NCBI RefSeq assembly: GCF_009834535.1
Contig: NC_045697.1
Coordinates: forward strand, 66,342,001-66,406,000
Direction of reading: 5' to 3'
DNA from: Camelus ferus
Lineage: Eukaryota
Length of the DNA: 64,000 bases
Position numbers and translations under genes: made by a program. This document shows, one piece after another, positions 13,561 to 27,290 of this stretch (positions within the stretch are counted from its first letter, which is position 1; each line of letters begins with the position of its first letter). The notes under the pieces were generated by a model. That model searched no databases. It was not told the DNA's origin and saw only the letters and a program-made list of their open reading frames with translations.

Positions 13561-14399
13561 GTCTTTAGAAGAAAACAGACCTTACAGGTATCTGAGTGCT
13601 GTTTGGATAAAATATTGTGTGCACTCTGTTAACATTGCTTCTCTTTGTCCCTCCTGAAGCACATATGGATACTGGGGACCCTGGGTCAGCTGAATGCAAC
13701 TTGAGTCCAGCTTATTTGACATGTGTTGAATGTCAGCATTGTTGTCGTGGCTTTTAATTTGCTTCTGCCATAAAGAATAGGCCCTTTGGAGATGAAGTGG
13801 CTGCCCTTCTCCAGAAGTAGTTTGTGTTCCAGAGAAAGAAGCAACCATTTCCAAAATATCTATTTCCTTTCTCAAAAAATGTAATTCTTCACAATTATAT
13901 TATGCCTTTGAAATGTCATCATATCATGTCAAGACTGAAAACGCTATCTTTGATTTTTAAAAATCACTAGCAGAGTAGAAAGCAGGCACGTTCTTGCTCC
14001 CCTACTCTTCTGTCTCACTTGCAGTGTCATGGAGTGAGGGAGACTGTCCTTGTTGAGTGTAAGACTTTAAGCTGACCTTTATTTTTTCCAGTGCTTGCAA
14101 ATTTTCCTCAGGCTTCAGAAGATGCATCTTCTCCTCTTCTGACGTATGACCATATCATAAAAATCTTGAGGGCTTTTCTTTTTTCTTTTTAAAATTTTTT
14201 AGTTTGAACTGAATTCTGGATATTAGGCACATTAATCTTTTGTAATAGTCTGAGAGTTTTGTTTTTCACTAGTGTGATAGATCAGTTCTTGAATGAACTT
14301 TTCTAACAACATTCATTGTCTAAGGTACACCTTGCTCCTGGGTGCATAGGAAGATGGTAAAAATGAGGACAAGGGCTATGTACTAGAACACTGTCACAT

Positions 14400-14615
14400 A
14401 AGTAATAATAGCTAAATCATTGTTATGACTTACATCTATTAGCTCATACAGTACTCACAGCATCTTTCCTGTGCAGTAAATGATATTCAATACTTGATAT
14501 TGAGCAAAATAAAGCACAGAAGGGTGAAGTAACTTGCCTGAGGTCACCCCTTTAGTCAGTGGCAGCTCCGTACTTTGAACCCAGCCTGGCTCTCCCTCTG
14601 TCATATCCTACCCTT
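14400..14615 (-). mobile_element. MIR
   Basis: GCACAGAAGGGTGAAGTAACTTGCCTGAGGTCAC...TTTGAACCCAG. Confidence 0.72.
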
Positions 14616-17600
14616 AGTTAAACAGATGCCTCTTTAGTGTGACATTTTGGTGCTCTTAGGGACTGCTGAAATCTAAATAACTGTCAGCTTAGCTCCCTCC
14701 TGTCGCCTGTCTCTGCCTACCCCTTCCTTCACACCAAGCATGCACAGCCAGCGCAAATGCCCTATGGCGAAAGTGCCACTGTGGTACTAAATTTAGATTG
14801 TACTTTAACTCACTGTTCTATTTTCTGGTTCTTTTCTCTTCTCTGAAGTCAGTATCATATGAAAGCTATAAACCTAGTAGAGCACCCTGTCTTCTGGCAC
14901 TGTGAATTTAGCACTTTTCTCAGCCATGTTTACTTGCTCTGGCTGTCAGAGGTGGCTTCTTTATTATTGAAGAAAGGAGTTTTTTGCCAACTACTTTACA
15001 AGTATTAAACATCCCTGGGCCAAGTTATTTAAAACTATTAGGAAAATGGAGGTTGGTAAATCGTAGCATGGTCAGAAAGCTTGGAGTCTGGAATACCATG
15101 ATTCTAAAAGCCTTCAGTAAATCTTCAGCAACATGAATCTTCAGTAAAATGATAGTAATACCAGTGTCTCATGTTTGTAGAATGGTTTCCAGAATATAAA
15201 GCTTCTGTTTATGTATCTTCTTGTTGAAATCATTGATACAACATCCGGCATATACACAAATATACACATATTAATTATATAATAATGTAATATAAATATA
15301 TATTGATTCAGTAGGATTGTCATCTGAATACATTTTCTTAGTTTGCTTATTTATCTAAGGATTGATCCAAGACATCTCACAAATATTTTTGTCTAATCTA
15401 TGACTGCATCTGAAGTATTTTTCTATATAAAATACATTTTATTCTCACTTTCTGAATTTAAAACTAAGACATTTCAGAAAGATTTATGCATTATCTATTT
15501 AGTAGAAACCTTTCAGTTACTTTCTGATATGTAAAGACTAAATGAATCACAGAAGATGAGGAATTTAAAAGACTTGTTAGTAAGTGTTTAACATGTGCTG
15601 CTGTCCTTGTAAAATTATTTTAAGCTCTATCTGTTGTCACACACTGCAGGATGAAGGAAACAATGTGGCTTTGGCTGGAGCTTATCACTTCTCAGAATAA
15701 CTTTTGTGTATTATCTTTAGTGGCATTTTTAGCTTCATTGGCCCACTTCAAAATATCCATCAGAGACACTAGAGATTGACTTAAGCTTTGATGATTTGCA
15801 GTTCCATATATGTCTAATTTTGGAACCCTGAAAGTTTGGAATTCGAAAACTCTTAACTTTGAAATGCTGCAGTGTCCAACAGCAGTTCTGTCTACTTGAG
15901 GGGCAAAGGGAATTGTTCTGATATTTATAATTAATGATGTTTTTATTATTTCTCTTATTAAAAATTACCCATCATAGTATTTTGACATTTTATTTGCACA
16001 AGCATTACTAGAAAGAAGTCCATGAAAATAGTGTGTGACTTTCTTGAAAATACACTGCACCTGAACTATGAGGTCAAAGTCCTTATCAGAATAAAATTAA
16101 ATAGAGAAAGAACCAAGAGAACGAGAAATGCCAAAACGAACAAACAAAAAGAATAGAAGCTTGAACTTAACATGTCTATTTAAAAATTCAAATGGAAGAG
16201 CAAACATTCAAGAAGAGTTTGGAAAATTTGAAGAACAAGGTGAGAGGATTGTTGTACAGTATATCACAATGTAAAGCCAAGGGCAGTGTGGAATTGTTGA
16301 TATGAGGCGGCAGAATCATTTTAATGCTTCTGCTGGAAAAGGTCCTTGTCATCTCAGCATTTTCTGGCTCAGTTAAATTCACAGTTGTCGTTGCTCCTAC
16401 CCACCCACCCCCGCCCCCCGCCCCGCCCAGTGAAGCTATTTAGTTTATAAATTAGCATTTATTTTACTAAATTTATTGTATACCTCTTTTATGCCAATCA
16501 TTCTGCCGGTTGCTAAGGATAGAAAAATTGGTAATCTGAGTGAAGACTGCTGGATTTACTGTTTTCACGGGGCCCCATTAACTGCTTATACTAAACCTGG
16601 ATCGTAATGAATGTATGAGCATGCAGTAAATCAAGGAGCAAGCCTTAAATTCTCTAAAATCAAGGTCCCGAAACTTTTTTGAGCTTATAAAGCTTGGAAG
16701 CTTGGAGTGGCTTACTGGGTTCATCCCCAGAGATTTTGATTTTAGAGTTAAATCTCTCTTACTCCACAGCCCACGTATGTAACCACTGTTCCTTATTGCT
16801 TGTTTATTCCATCTCCCCCAATAAATGTTAAGATCCTTGAAGGAAGGATTCATTTCTTCAGCTCTGAGATGTCTCCTACAATACCCATAACAGCCCTAAT
16901 ACACAAGGGATGCTAAAATATGCATACACATGAGGAGTTAAATCCAGGCATGTAATGGTTTACCTAACTCGCCTTTCTGTCCAGTGTATATAGGAATAAA
17001 GGAAAAACTGAAAACAACTGAGGTCTCTCACTATGTGTCATATACTGGGCAGCTCAGAGGGAAAGGTCTTCCTCTGCAGCTGAATATACAAGTTGTTCTT
17101 TTGTATTCTTATATGAATGTGTAAGTTGTTCTCTAAGAGGAAATGGAGGAGTGGAAGAAGCTTCCTTTCTTTTTGCTTTAGGAAATGACACTCATTCTCT
17201 GCAGAAGGATTGACTGACTTTTTGCCTATGTATGAACGGATTATTTCTTTTATGTTAAATAGGCGAAGATATTGTATAGTAAAGTTTGCTTAAGATAAGA
17301 TTTTTGGCTCTGCCTAGTGAGTTTAAAGCTTGCTTTATCACTTCTCAATAGCTACCCATTAGCTAAGAAGAGTGTACTTTTCTAGCTAAGTTGACCTGTG
17401 GACACAGACGTGTGTTGACCGCTGTTGTAAGACGCACTTTGATGATTGTTTTTTCATATATCATCACAGTTAACTATTTTCAGAATCTGAGGCACTCTGT
17501 CTCCTTTATAAGTCATATATTCCATTTAGTGACAACTGTTTGACAGTGTAATATATACTATAGTGTAATTTTAAAATATCCACAAGTTGTCAGGTTGAGT

Positions 17601-19624
17601 GGCTGAGAGATTTGTTTAAAGAAATGTGGGCAAGATTCTTGTGGTTGGAAAAAATTGGGAGAAAATGAAAATATTGTTAAAAGATATTTTAAAACTTATT
17701 TTGTGAAATGTATTATATCTTAAATATAGTCTTTTTAAAATAAAAATGAGAACAGACCAAATTCTAACTGTAAATATCTTTTAAATAGGAGTACTTAAAA
17801 AGACAGTATTAAAATTAACTTCTGATTATGCATTCTGTGACCTCAATAGAGCATTTGTTGACTGAGTGAAATAGATATAAAAATCTCAAACATAGCAAAG
17901 TTTACTCATGGTAAAATCTCATTTTAATGTATACCAGTATTATTTAAGTCAAAAAAAGAAATTTTCCGTGAGATACACACACACTCACACACACGTACAT
18001 ATATATATGTATATATATGAGAGAATATAGAGAAGGGAAAGGTTTTTCCCCTAAGATTTTGCTTCATAAAATAGTGGTATTTGATATTGGCTAAAAAATG
18101 ATTGATGTAGTTTCATACGGTGGCAGTAGAAAAAAAGGCACATTAGGTAAACATCAGGCACCTCTGTGACATGGTCATAGAGCCTGGAAAGAGCAGGGCA
18201 AGGTCGGGTAGCTAGGTCGTCTGGTTTGATTAGTGCTTCTGGAGCAGAAGGGAAGGGGCTAGAAATGTTGAGAAGATCTGTATGTTTTGTAGATACGGGT
18301 CTCCTTTGTTTTCTTAGTAAATCTAATTTTCTTATATGGTATTTGAAATTATTAGGCATAAATTCTCTCCTATATTATATTCCTAATGTTTCTACCTTAT
18401 TTTACACTTTGGATCATCAAATATACTTCTTAAAAGTTAACTTTATTTGTATCAAAATATCTTATGCAACTAGTATAGGAAATTAAAAGGCTTATTTAAA
18501 AAAAACTCCCCAGCCATCCCTTTTTTTGCACCTCCATTTACCTGGTATCTTCCATCACAGGCAACCAGTTATTTCCCCTGGTATTTACCTTTGTATTCTT
18601 AAATAATAGTCATTTGCTAAGCCTCAGTTCATCAGTTTTAGTTGTTAATCACTGACTTCTTTTGGTAAATGAGATTTTACCTTACTTATAGCCCCACTTC
18701 TCCTGCAACCTTTCTTGTTAATATCATCATTTGGGAGGATTATTTAACAGTAAATTTTTAAAATCTGTATTCAGTCTTTTCATTCTTAGGACAATACAAA
18801 CACTCAGTGCTGAGCCAAAGTTTGGGATAATTCAGTGTACCAGAATTCAGTAAGAAGATTGACAGTGTCTCACAGAGAGCACTTCAGTGTATTGTGGGCC
18901 CTAATGGAGTGTGTGAGCCACGGCCCCCCTCACTCTGTACATGAGCTTAGTGTGCTGAGCCCATGATCCTGGAACCCAGCTCTCCTTGCCAGATTGCAGG
19001 CTTTTCATGTCTATAGATATGGAGAGAGAAATTCAGCATTTCAGAGAAGACATATAGATATGGCATTGGAGGATGAATAGATTGCATAAGCTTGTGGGAG
19101 ATGTGAAAGTATTTTCTAAAAACACATTTTGTAACAATACTCTTTTTCCACATTCTTCGTATATTATTTATTGATATTGTTCCACAGTGTTATCGGCACA
19201 GATAATGTCTGCTATCACATTGTCTTTGCTGGGAATCAGACATTCATCTTTCCGTTTGTTGTTGGACTTCTCGTTTTTTAATTGTCTTTATAGAGTTTTC
19301 ATCATTTTACTACTTAGAGCTAGTTCATTGCTTTTCTGTGTCCATTTTTGTGAATACATGCCATAATCCCTTTTAGAGGGCATCTTCCATCAAGAGGTTA
19401 CAAAATCATTTGTGTTTGCGAGGCTTTCGACTTAATGCTATTATGTTCCTTGTTCTCATCTTTAAGCACTTTTAAGAAAATATTTAGTGACTTCTTTCTA
19501 CTTGGAAAACAATTACACCTTTACTGAAGAACATTTGTAAGATACAGAAAATAAGAAACTCATGTGTCATCCAGAGATGACAAACATATTTTGGTATATG
19601 CTCTTCTAATCTGACTATACACTT

Positions 19625-19628
<4 letters not shown>

Positions 19629-19680
<52 letters not shown>
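19629..19680. repeat. (TC)n microsatellite, about 26 units
   Basis: Direct reading. Confidence 0.97.
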
Positions 19681-19684
<4 letters not shown>

Positions 19685-21347
19685 GACACATACTTCAGGG
19701 ATATAGAGGTGAACAAAATAGGCAGGGTACCTCTCATCCTGAATCTGCTACTACACAAGCTAATAAAGGAGATAGTCAACATATAATAATATAGTAATTT
19801 AATTTTAATTTTGACAAATGGATATAGTATAAGAACACAGTTTCTTTTTAATTTGAGGTATAGTTGATTTACAGTATTATATTAGTTTTGGGTATACAGC
19901 ATGGTGATTCAGAGAATACAAAAAACAGTTTCAAGGAAGAGTATAGTGTTATCAAATTTATAAGCAGATTTTGTCATGTAAAAAACCTTATTATCATAAT
20001 ATATGTTAATTGCCTCGGTAACATGCCATATTATATATAGTCTTCAATGTATGTAAATTTGTCAAATGTATCTCATTAGGAGATAGTTGTGGCCTAGTAG
20101 AATTAAATACTAGTGTGAAGAATCCTTCTTCTTTCAACTTTATCTTTCGTATGTAAACTTTTTCAGTCGAATCTTTTATTTCCACCATTGCTGCAGTGCT
20201 GGAGTAGTGAGATAGACTGCTTATACTGTTTGCCTGTGAAAGCACCAAATGATGATTATAATGTTAAGTAGATTCATTTTATAAATACATGAAATGCCGT
20301 ATAAATTGTAGGCTATTTTATATGTTGACTACAAGATATAGGTATAGGGCTAGTTAATTTACATGTATTACATCATCATTACCCCATTACAGAACAACCC
20401 TGTGAGATAAATGGTGACCTTTTTTACAGATGAGGAAACTAATTCTGAGAAGTTAATTAACTTGAACTAACTTACTGTTGTGAAGATACTAAGTCTTGCT
20501 TGGCTGCAAATAAAATTCATGCTTTTAATTTTCTTGATATCATGCTCTCTTTTGTAATGGTGAGATAGATGAGTAGGAATTATTATACTCACTTCTCAAA
20601 TGAGAAAACAGGCATAGACAAGGCTAAGATTTCAAGTATAGTAGAAAGAGAAATGAAATAGTTGTCAACCTATTCTTTCTCAACTTAGGTTTTCCTGTCT
20701 CTATATAAAAGGATTCCTTTGTATCCAACTCTATCCTATGACAATGGTACCAGGAGGCCAGTGGAATGCTTTCCGATTTTTCTGCTTGTACTTGTAATTC
20801 AACTAGAGAAGCTGTACTTTTATTTGTTTACATATTAGACCTTGTAACACATTCACGTATAACCAAGGATTACATTACTAACCTAATTTGGGAATAAAAA
20901 TTTGGACTTTCAGTTTTGATTTGCTGCTTTGCTTTTATTCTAGGTGAGACCATAAATAAATTAGTTCTCTATTTTATTTTTCTATAAAATAAACTGTCAG
21001 AGTCTTTTTTGATAGTAAAAAATTTAATGAGAATTAGTTTATGTAAGTGGATATTGATCTTGAGGAATGTTTTTAATAATAACATATGTTAGGTTTCCTC
21101 TCCCAAGTAGTTATGATAATTTTTTTTGTCTAAAGCATTTCATCTATAGCAGTGATATTTGAGTATATGTATAGATATTTATGCTCAGTATTGTTGGTGA
21201 ACTAAGTGAATTTATAGTATAGAATGAGGAATTTTGATTAGACTAGTAGGAAATTGTGATAGTTTGACATTGACTAAGTTACTGTTTATCTATCAGGAAG
21301 CCTGTAAACAATAATGATTTTTTCTGTGATTCTGATGATGTGATTTT

Positions 21348-21412
21348 TTAAAATCTGTACTTATTTTTATTTTTTATATTTTATTGAGTTATAGTCATTT
21401 TACAATGTTATG
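21348..21412 (-). mobile_element. Very short L1 3'-end insertion
   Basis: TTTTATTGAGTTATAGTCATTTTACAATGTT resembles the end of the L1 at 54716; 15-bp direct repeat TGATGA(T/C)GTGATTTT at 21333-21347 and 21413-21427. Confidence 0.75.
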
Positions 21413-22934
21413 TGATGACGTGATTTTGATGACGATATTATGAAAAGTCAGTCTAGATGACCTGTTAAGATCTATGTGTTTGTTTGATTTCTCAAGCCTT
21501 TACTGAGAATTTTGTCAATTTTCAGAAACTGGCCTGAGTATCCAACTTTATCGAACATAGGGTATACAAATATCTGGGATTCAACAAATATTTTTGATGA
21601 TTCTGAAATGAAGTTTATAATTATCTCAGCTGAACCTCCTATCTAGTGCTATTTTCATAAGTCTGCTCTACCTCTACAAATGTTCCTTCTGAGTAACTGG
21701 TTTCTTACAACCATACCCATCAGTATTCTAGCACATTTAACTGCTAGCCTCTTTCTTCAGAACTAACTTAAGACACATAATTCAACAAGAAGCACAGGGA
21801 GTCATGCCGCATCTTGTTTGCATAGGAGCAGCACCAAAGCATGAGCCTCTGCCAGTGTTTGCTGTAGGGTAGATTCCCCTAGAAAACAGGAGATCAGTGA
21901 GATGCTACATTGCACTTTTATGTGACAGACAGCTGAAAACAAGGCCATGTGTGAAAGCCAAACTCTTAGATGTTCTGCATGTCAAAACGGGAACAAAAAT
22001 TATAATGCAAGTTTTACTTCCTTAAATATGGATCCCAACATTAGTTGAGGTATGCAGCTCTTCCACAGCCTTGGGTGTGGCCCATGAATATAGCTGCTAA
22101 CTCTGATCTGTAATTTTTGTATTTTATTGCCGTGTATGACTGGGCCTTTGGGTTATAACCATTGATGTAAATGAAAGAGAAGGAAAGATTGTTGGATATA
22201 ACGTAACGTGTGTATTTTTGGCTTTGGTATTTGTGTCATCATAGAAGTTCATAGAACTTCAGGACTTGGAAGCACTTTTGGAGAAAGTTTAATATGCTGG
22301 ATTTCTTCATGGGGATTGGGAATAGAGCTTGTTCTCTAACCAGTCTGTGATAGTTTCTTATCTCTTCAGACTCCATTACCAATCACTGTGATGGTTTCAG
22401 AGGCATCCAAGGCCCACACTGTCCCCCATACATTACCTCTGCAGGCAGGTGCGCGTGATTGCCTGCCTGCCATGTGAGCCTGGTTGTTGTCCTTGCACAT
22501 TGGATTCAGGGAAGTGCCAGAGGGGAATTCAGAAAAGAAGAGTCATTGACCTCACCTTTTCCTCCGTCTAACTTTTCATAAACAAATGTTGCCATCACCA
22601 AGCCCTGCATTATTGTTAGTTGAAAGAACTGTTCAGAAAACAAGTAGACCTTAGTTTTGCTCTGGGGATTTAGCAGTGACTCTGTGTATTATGGATGATT
22701 TGTAAGTGGGTTGCCTCTCCCATTTCCTATTGTGGCTGATACTCCCCCAAAACTCCATTATTATGGTAGCCAAGAACTGACGTTTTCTGAAATGGACCAG
22801 TGAAGTGGCTTTTACAAAACTATATCGTGTTTAATGTTAGGCTTGTCTAACTTAGAAAAGCCTTGAGCCTGGGAGATTATAACTGCCATTTATGTTCAGT
22901 TTTCATGCCATGGAGAATGATAAATATCATAGCT

Positions 22935-23125
22935 GACACTTTAATAGTGTGTATTTACGTGGCAAGCACTATTCTAAGCACCTTACATTTTTTCCTTTAG
23001 TTTTCACAATAACCCTACAAGATAGATAAGCATTGTTGTTATTATTATCTTACATGTGAAGAAACTGGGAGAGAGTGCTTAAGTAGCTTGTCCTAAGTTG
23101 AACAACTAGTAAATGGAGGAACTAG
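22935..23125 (-). mobile_element. MIR, continuing at 23748-23790 after an LTR insertion
   Basis: CAAGCACTATTCTAAGCAC...CACAATAACCCTAC...GAAGAAACTG...CTAGTAAATGG. Confidence 0.72.
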
Positions 23126-23747
23126 TGTTAACTTGAAAACTGGGTTTGCCTCTTGGTGGATGTTGAGCCAAAAGACACAACCAGGCCAAAGATCAGAAGA
23201 AAGGATTTATTACTTGCAGCAAGTGAAGAGAATACCGGGGATCTTTCCCAAAGCAGTGTCTCCCTGAACAGCAAAATTAGGACCTTTCAAGCTAAGGGCA
23301 CATGCATATTCATGAGGGGATGAACAGAAGAGAATTCAACATAGAATTGAGGCAGCGGTTGACAGAGGCCAAGCTTTAGTTGATTTAAGTCATGAGAAAC
23401 AGATAAGGTCAACATCATCATTCCTTAGGTTCTGACCAGTCTGGGGTCTCAGCATGTAGTTATCATCCTCCACCTTCATTCCTGCAGAACCAATGATATG
23501 TATCAGATTATTATGTCTATCCCTTGAGGAGGAACTAGGACTCTATTTTATTTGTTGACTGCTTTTCTTTTGTTCCTGCATTCCTTCACTTCCTTTAAGA
23601 TCATTAATTACTGGGATCCATTCAAAGACAAGCATTGTGGCCAGGCTTACATCACAAAGTGGCTTAAGCCAAAAAGTGGCTTCTCTTATGTCAAGAAAGC
23701 CATTCCTGGTTCCCTTTCTCCAGGGACTCCCTATCCTATCTGCTACA
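23126..23747 (-). mobile_element. Solo ERV LTR, probably class I (ERV1), 622 bp
   Basis: TGT...ACA termini, 4-bp duplication CTAG at 23122-23125 and 23748-23751, minus-strand AATAAA at 23205-23210. Confidence 0.82.
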
Positions 23748-26700
23748 CTAGGATTAGAATCTGGGAAATCTGCTTCTCAGCTCTGTGAGATACTGGACAT
23801 TCTAGGGGCTACACTGCTTATCAAAGTCACCAGGCTAAGACTTAGGTGAAGTTTTAAAATTTACCTGTGGTTTTCTTGTCTTTGAAGCCAGCGTTAGTAT
23901 CGGGTTTATTTGCCAGTTTGTCCTGAGTCTCTTACACCTTGTCATAAGTCATACATACCTAAGAGAAATAAAAGAATTAGCTAATACAGACAGGTTTTCA
24001 GAAAGAAAAAGTTAACACTGTATGATAATAGGCTATATTATAGAGGTGTTCGTATTCCCCTGAGCTTGAAGGGTCCTTGTGGCCAGTTGGTCTCACTTTC
24101 TCCTATGAAAGGATCCCTGCAACAGCATTACAGATCCTACGTGAACCTCTCCACTGGACAGCCCTTTCCAGTTAGACAAGTCTAATTAAGGGAAAGTCCT
24201 TTTAATTAAAAGCTCGTGGTTGGTATTCGGCAAGAACATTTTAGAAAAGCAGCCAAGAGTTAAGTATCAGAATAGCTATGGAAGAAAAGAATCATTGTTA
24301 TCTTGAAAGGAATCAGGAACTTTGTTTTCAAAGTTACATAAGTGCTTTTTCATTTATTGTAAATAGTTTTTTTGTTGTTGTTGTTTTTTAAGATCACTGT
24401 TTAGCGCACATTGTGGCTTGTTTATGAACTGGTTCTATTCTTTCGTGAGATCTCAGGTCCTTCTGTGACTCTTTGAAAAGGGGAAGTAAATGACAGGAAT
24501 CTCCTGTTTGTATTCTCTAGAGATTTTTTTAAGGGATGCTTGGTGCTAGCGTCAGGGAAATATCAGATTAGAGAATGTTTTTCTCTCACTGAAGAATCGA
24601 ATACATTTCAGGTTATCTCTTAAGAGTTAAGTGTTAGTATTTGGCTTCTCTGATGTTTATACATTTTCAAATAAGGACTTACTAGAGGGTGTCGTTGTTG
24701 GAGCAGTACATATAGTAACTTATGGTCAGCACTTCTGTTCTCAGTGATTATAATTCTGTCAAAAGCAAATTTGGTGAGATAGAGCTTTACAGGCATGTCC
24801 TAGCCAGAAACTTGTGTTAATTATTGTTGTTGCTAGGCCTGTTTATTTTGTGCCTTTGAGGATATTATTGAGTGCAGTACTTTTTTCACAAGTCAGAACT
24901 AGCTTAATATTTTGTGAATGGGCTATTTCAGTTCAATGAACATTTTTTGTGTGTGTGTGACCACTGTTAGGCAAATGTCATGTTTATTATATGACCTCTC
25001 AAGCTTCCAAACTCTTCTGAGTTCTCTGCCCTTGAGTCAAGATTAGTGTTTATCAAGCTGAAGCTTATTATGCATTCAGTTTACTGAGTCAGGACCAGCG
25101 TCTTCCCTAACCCTCCTTTTTTTGTTTTATAAATAATATAGACTAGAACAGACTGTATTATAATGGATTGCATGTGAAAATATGTGTTTTTATTGGTTCA
25201 TATTTGTATCATGCAGGTCATGTTATAAAATGTATTTCTGACAGTGTATTGTGATGAAAAGTTTGAGAACAGTGGTCTATGTCAGTGCTCCTCAGTTTGC
25301 AGCCTCTGGACACTGGTGCCATTTTGGACTGTTGGTTCCTGGTCTGTCATGAGATAGGTACAGAAACTTGGGATAGGCATTTAGAAATTTTCGTAGCAAT
25401 TTGACATTGCCATGGTTTTTAAGCTTTTGATCAGCAGATTTGTCCCATTGAAAGATACAGACCAATTTGGGTGTTGTGAATGTGCATGGTTTCAAGTTGT
25501 GTACTGTTAAGAAGCGCTTATTCTAGGGTCATCTTCTAAATATTAGATTCACACCACAGTGGAGGGAACTAATTCTCTTAGGATAATATGCTTACCTTTT
25601 GGTAAAATAGGCAGAATGCATTTCTAATTTGCTACAGTTTCAGATTTTCTTTTCTGTAATGACAGAGGTATTAGAGAACATAATTTATAATGTTTTATAT
25701 TGTTTCTTTGTTTACAAAAAAAACCTTGGGAAGCTTTGGATTTCTAACATAGCTTAAATTTTACAAATAAATTAATTAAATTATCAGTCAGAAATAAAAG
25801 CAATACCGTCTTTTTATAAATAAGTTTTAGTTTCTGTAAACAGAAATAATGTTTCTCAATAAATAAAAGAAACAGTTGAATATGTTTCAGTCCTTCCTCT
25901 ATGATAGTGTAAATGTGGTTAATCACAAATAATGTAAGAACTTTAAAAAAATGAATAAATACTTGAATACTTACTGGTTTAAAATTTTTCTTTTTCATAT
26001 TTAGATGTTATTATCATATAGAATACTTTGAACTAATTTAATAAGATTCAGTGATGAGGATGTTGGACAAGATTCTACTTCTGAACTGATAAATGAACTT
26101 TATGGCTCATCTTAAAGTTATTAAACAGGGATAAACCTGGCTTATCTGTGGCTAAAATAGTCACATTTGATCATTAACTTTTGAATTCCTAGACTCTGAG
26201 TACCACTAGATTTTTTTTAAAAACTCAAACCCACCCTCAAATTATTTTTAAGTGTTAAATGAATGGAAAAACCTAAGTTTAGACTATAAAGAATGAGAAG
26301 TTTTCATTTCTGTGCTTTTCACAAGACAGCAGACTGACTTTGCTTTCCTAATAAGGCTGTGCTAAATGTTGGAATGCCTGTCCCCTTGAATTTTATTGAA
26401 ATACCTAAAAATACCCACTTTACCAAAAAAGTTTGCAACTTAATGTGTTTAGCCTAGACAAGAATAGAAAGATGTATCTGAAAGAAATTAGAGGCAAAAT
26501 TGTGCCTCCAGTATTAGCGTAGGACAGAGAGCATGTAAGAGTGAACCTCAAACAGAATTATCTTATACTTTGGATGTTTCAAGAACAAATAAGATATTCC
26601 GCTGTTTTCCATTTGTATTGTTTGTCTTGGTATATTTAAGATTTGGGGCAATTTTTAGTCCATCTCTTCCCCTTTATAGTAAGTAGGCTCATACAGTTTA

Positions 26701-26829
26701 TACGTATGTATGGGCTAATTTATTGTTCGACGCTGTATTTAGATTTACTCTTCTTTAATTTGATTTAACTTTCTTACAAAATGAAGTACTGTGTTTAGGA
26801 ATACATTTCTGTCCCAATTAGAGGAGTGA

Positions 26830-27290
26830 AAGACAAGGTCCTGATAGTGGCATGAAGTAGCTTATATGCTCTGGCTCCCAGTTAGCTCTCCGGCTTCATC
26901 TCTCATTGTCCTCCCAGCTTTCAGTCCCATTCTAGCCCCACTGGAACATTCTTGCCTCCAAGACTTCACACTTGCTATTTGGTCTGCCTGGAATGTTCTA
27001 CTTCAAGTCTCTGCTCAGCTCTCATCTTTTAGAGGCTTTCTCTGACTCCTTTATATAAAATAATGTATCCTCTGCCCCTGTTTGCTTTATTATACTCCAC
27101 TGCACTCATTACCATGTGACATACTTTGCTTGTTTGTTTTTAGTCCGCCTCTTCCAAATAGAATGTAAGCACCTTCAAGATAGGGATTCTTGTCTGTATT
27201 ATTCATTACTGTTGCCCCACCTCCTGTGGCAGAGTCTGCTATGTTAGGGGCTCAACAAATATTTGTGTAATTAATTAGTAAATTAATGGA
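26830..27290 (+). mobile_element. L2 3' fragment
   Basis: TCTGCCTGGAATGTTCT...AGAATGTAAGC...CTCAACAAATATTTGT. Confidence 0.75.
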
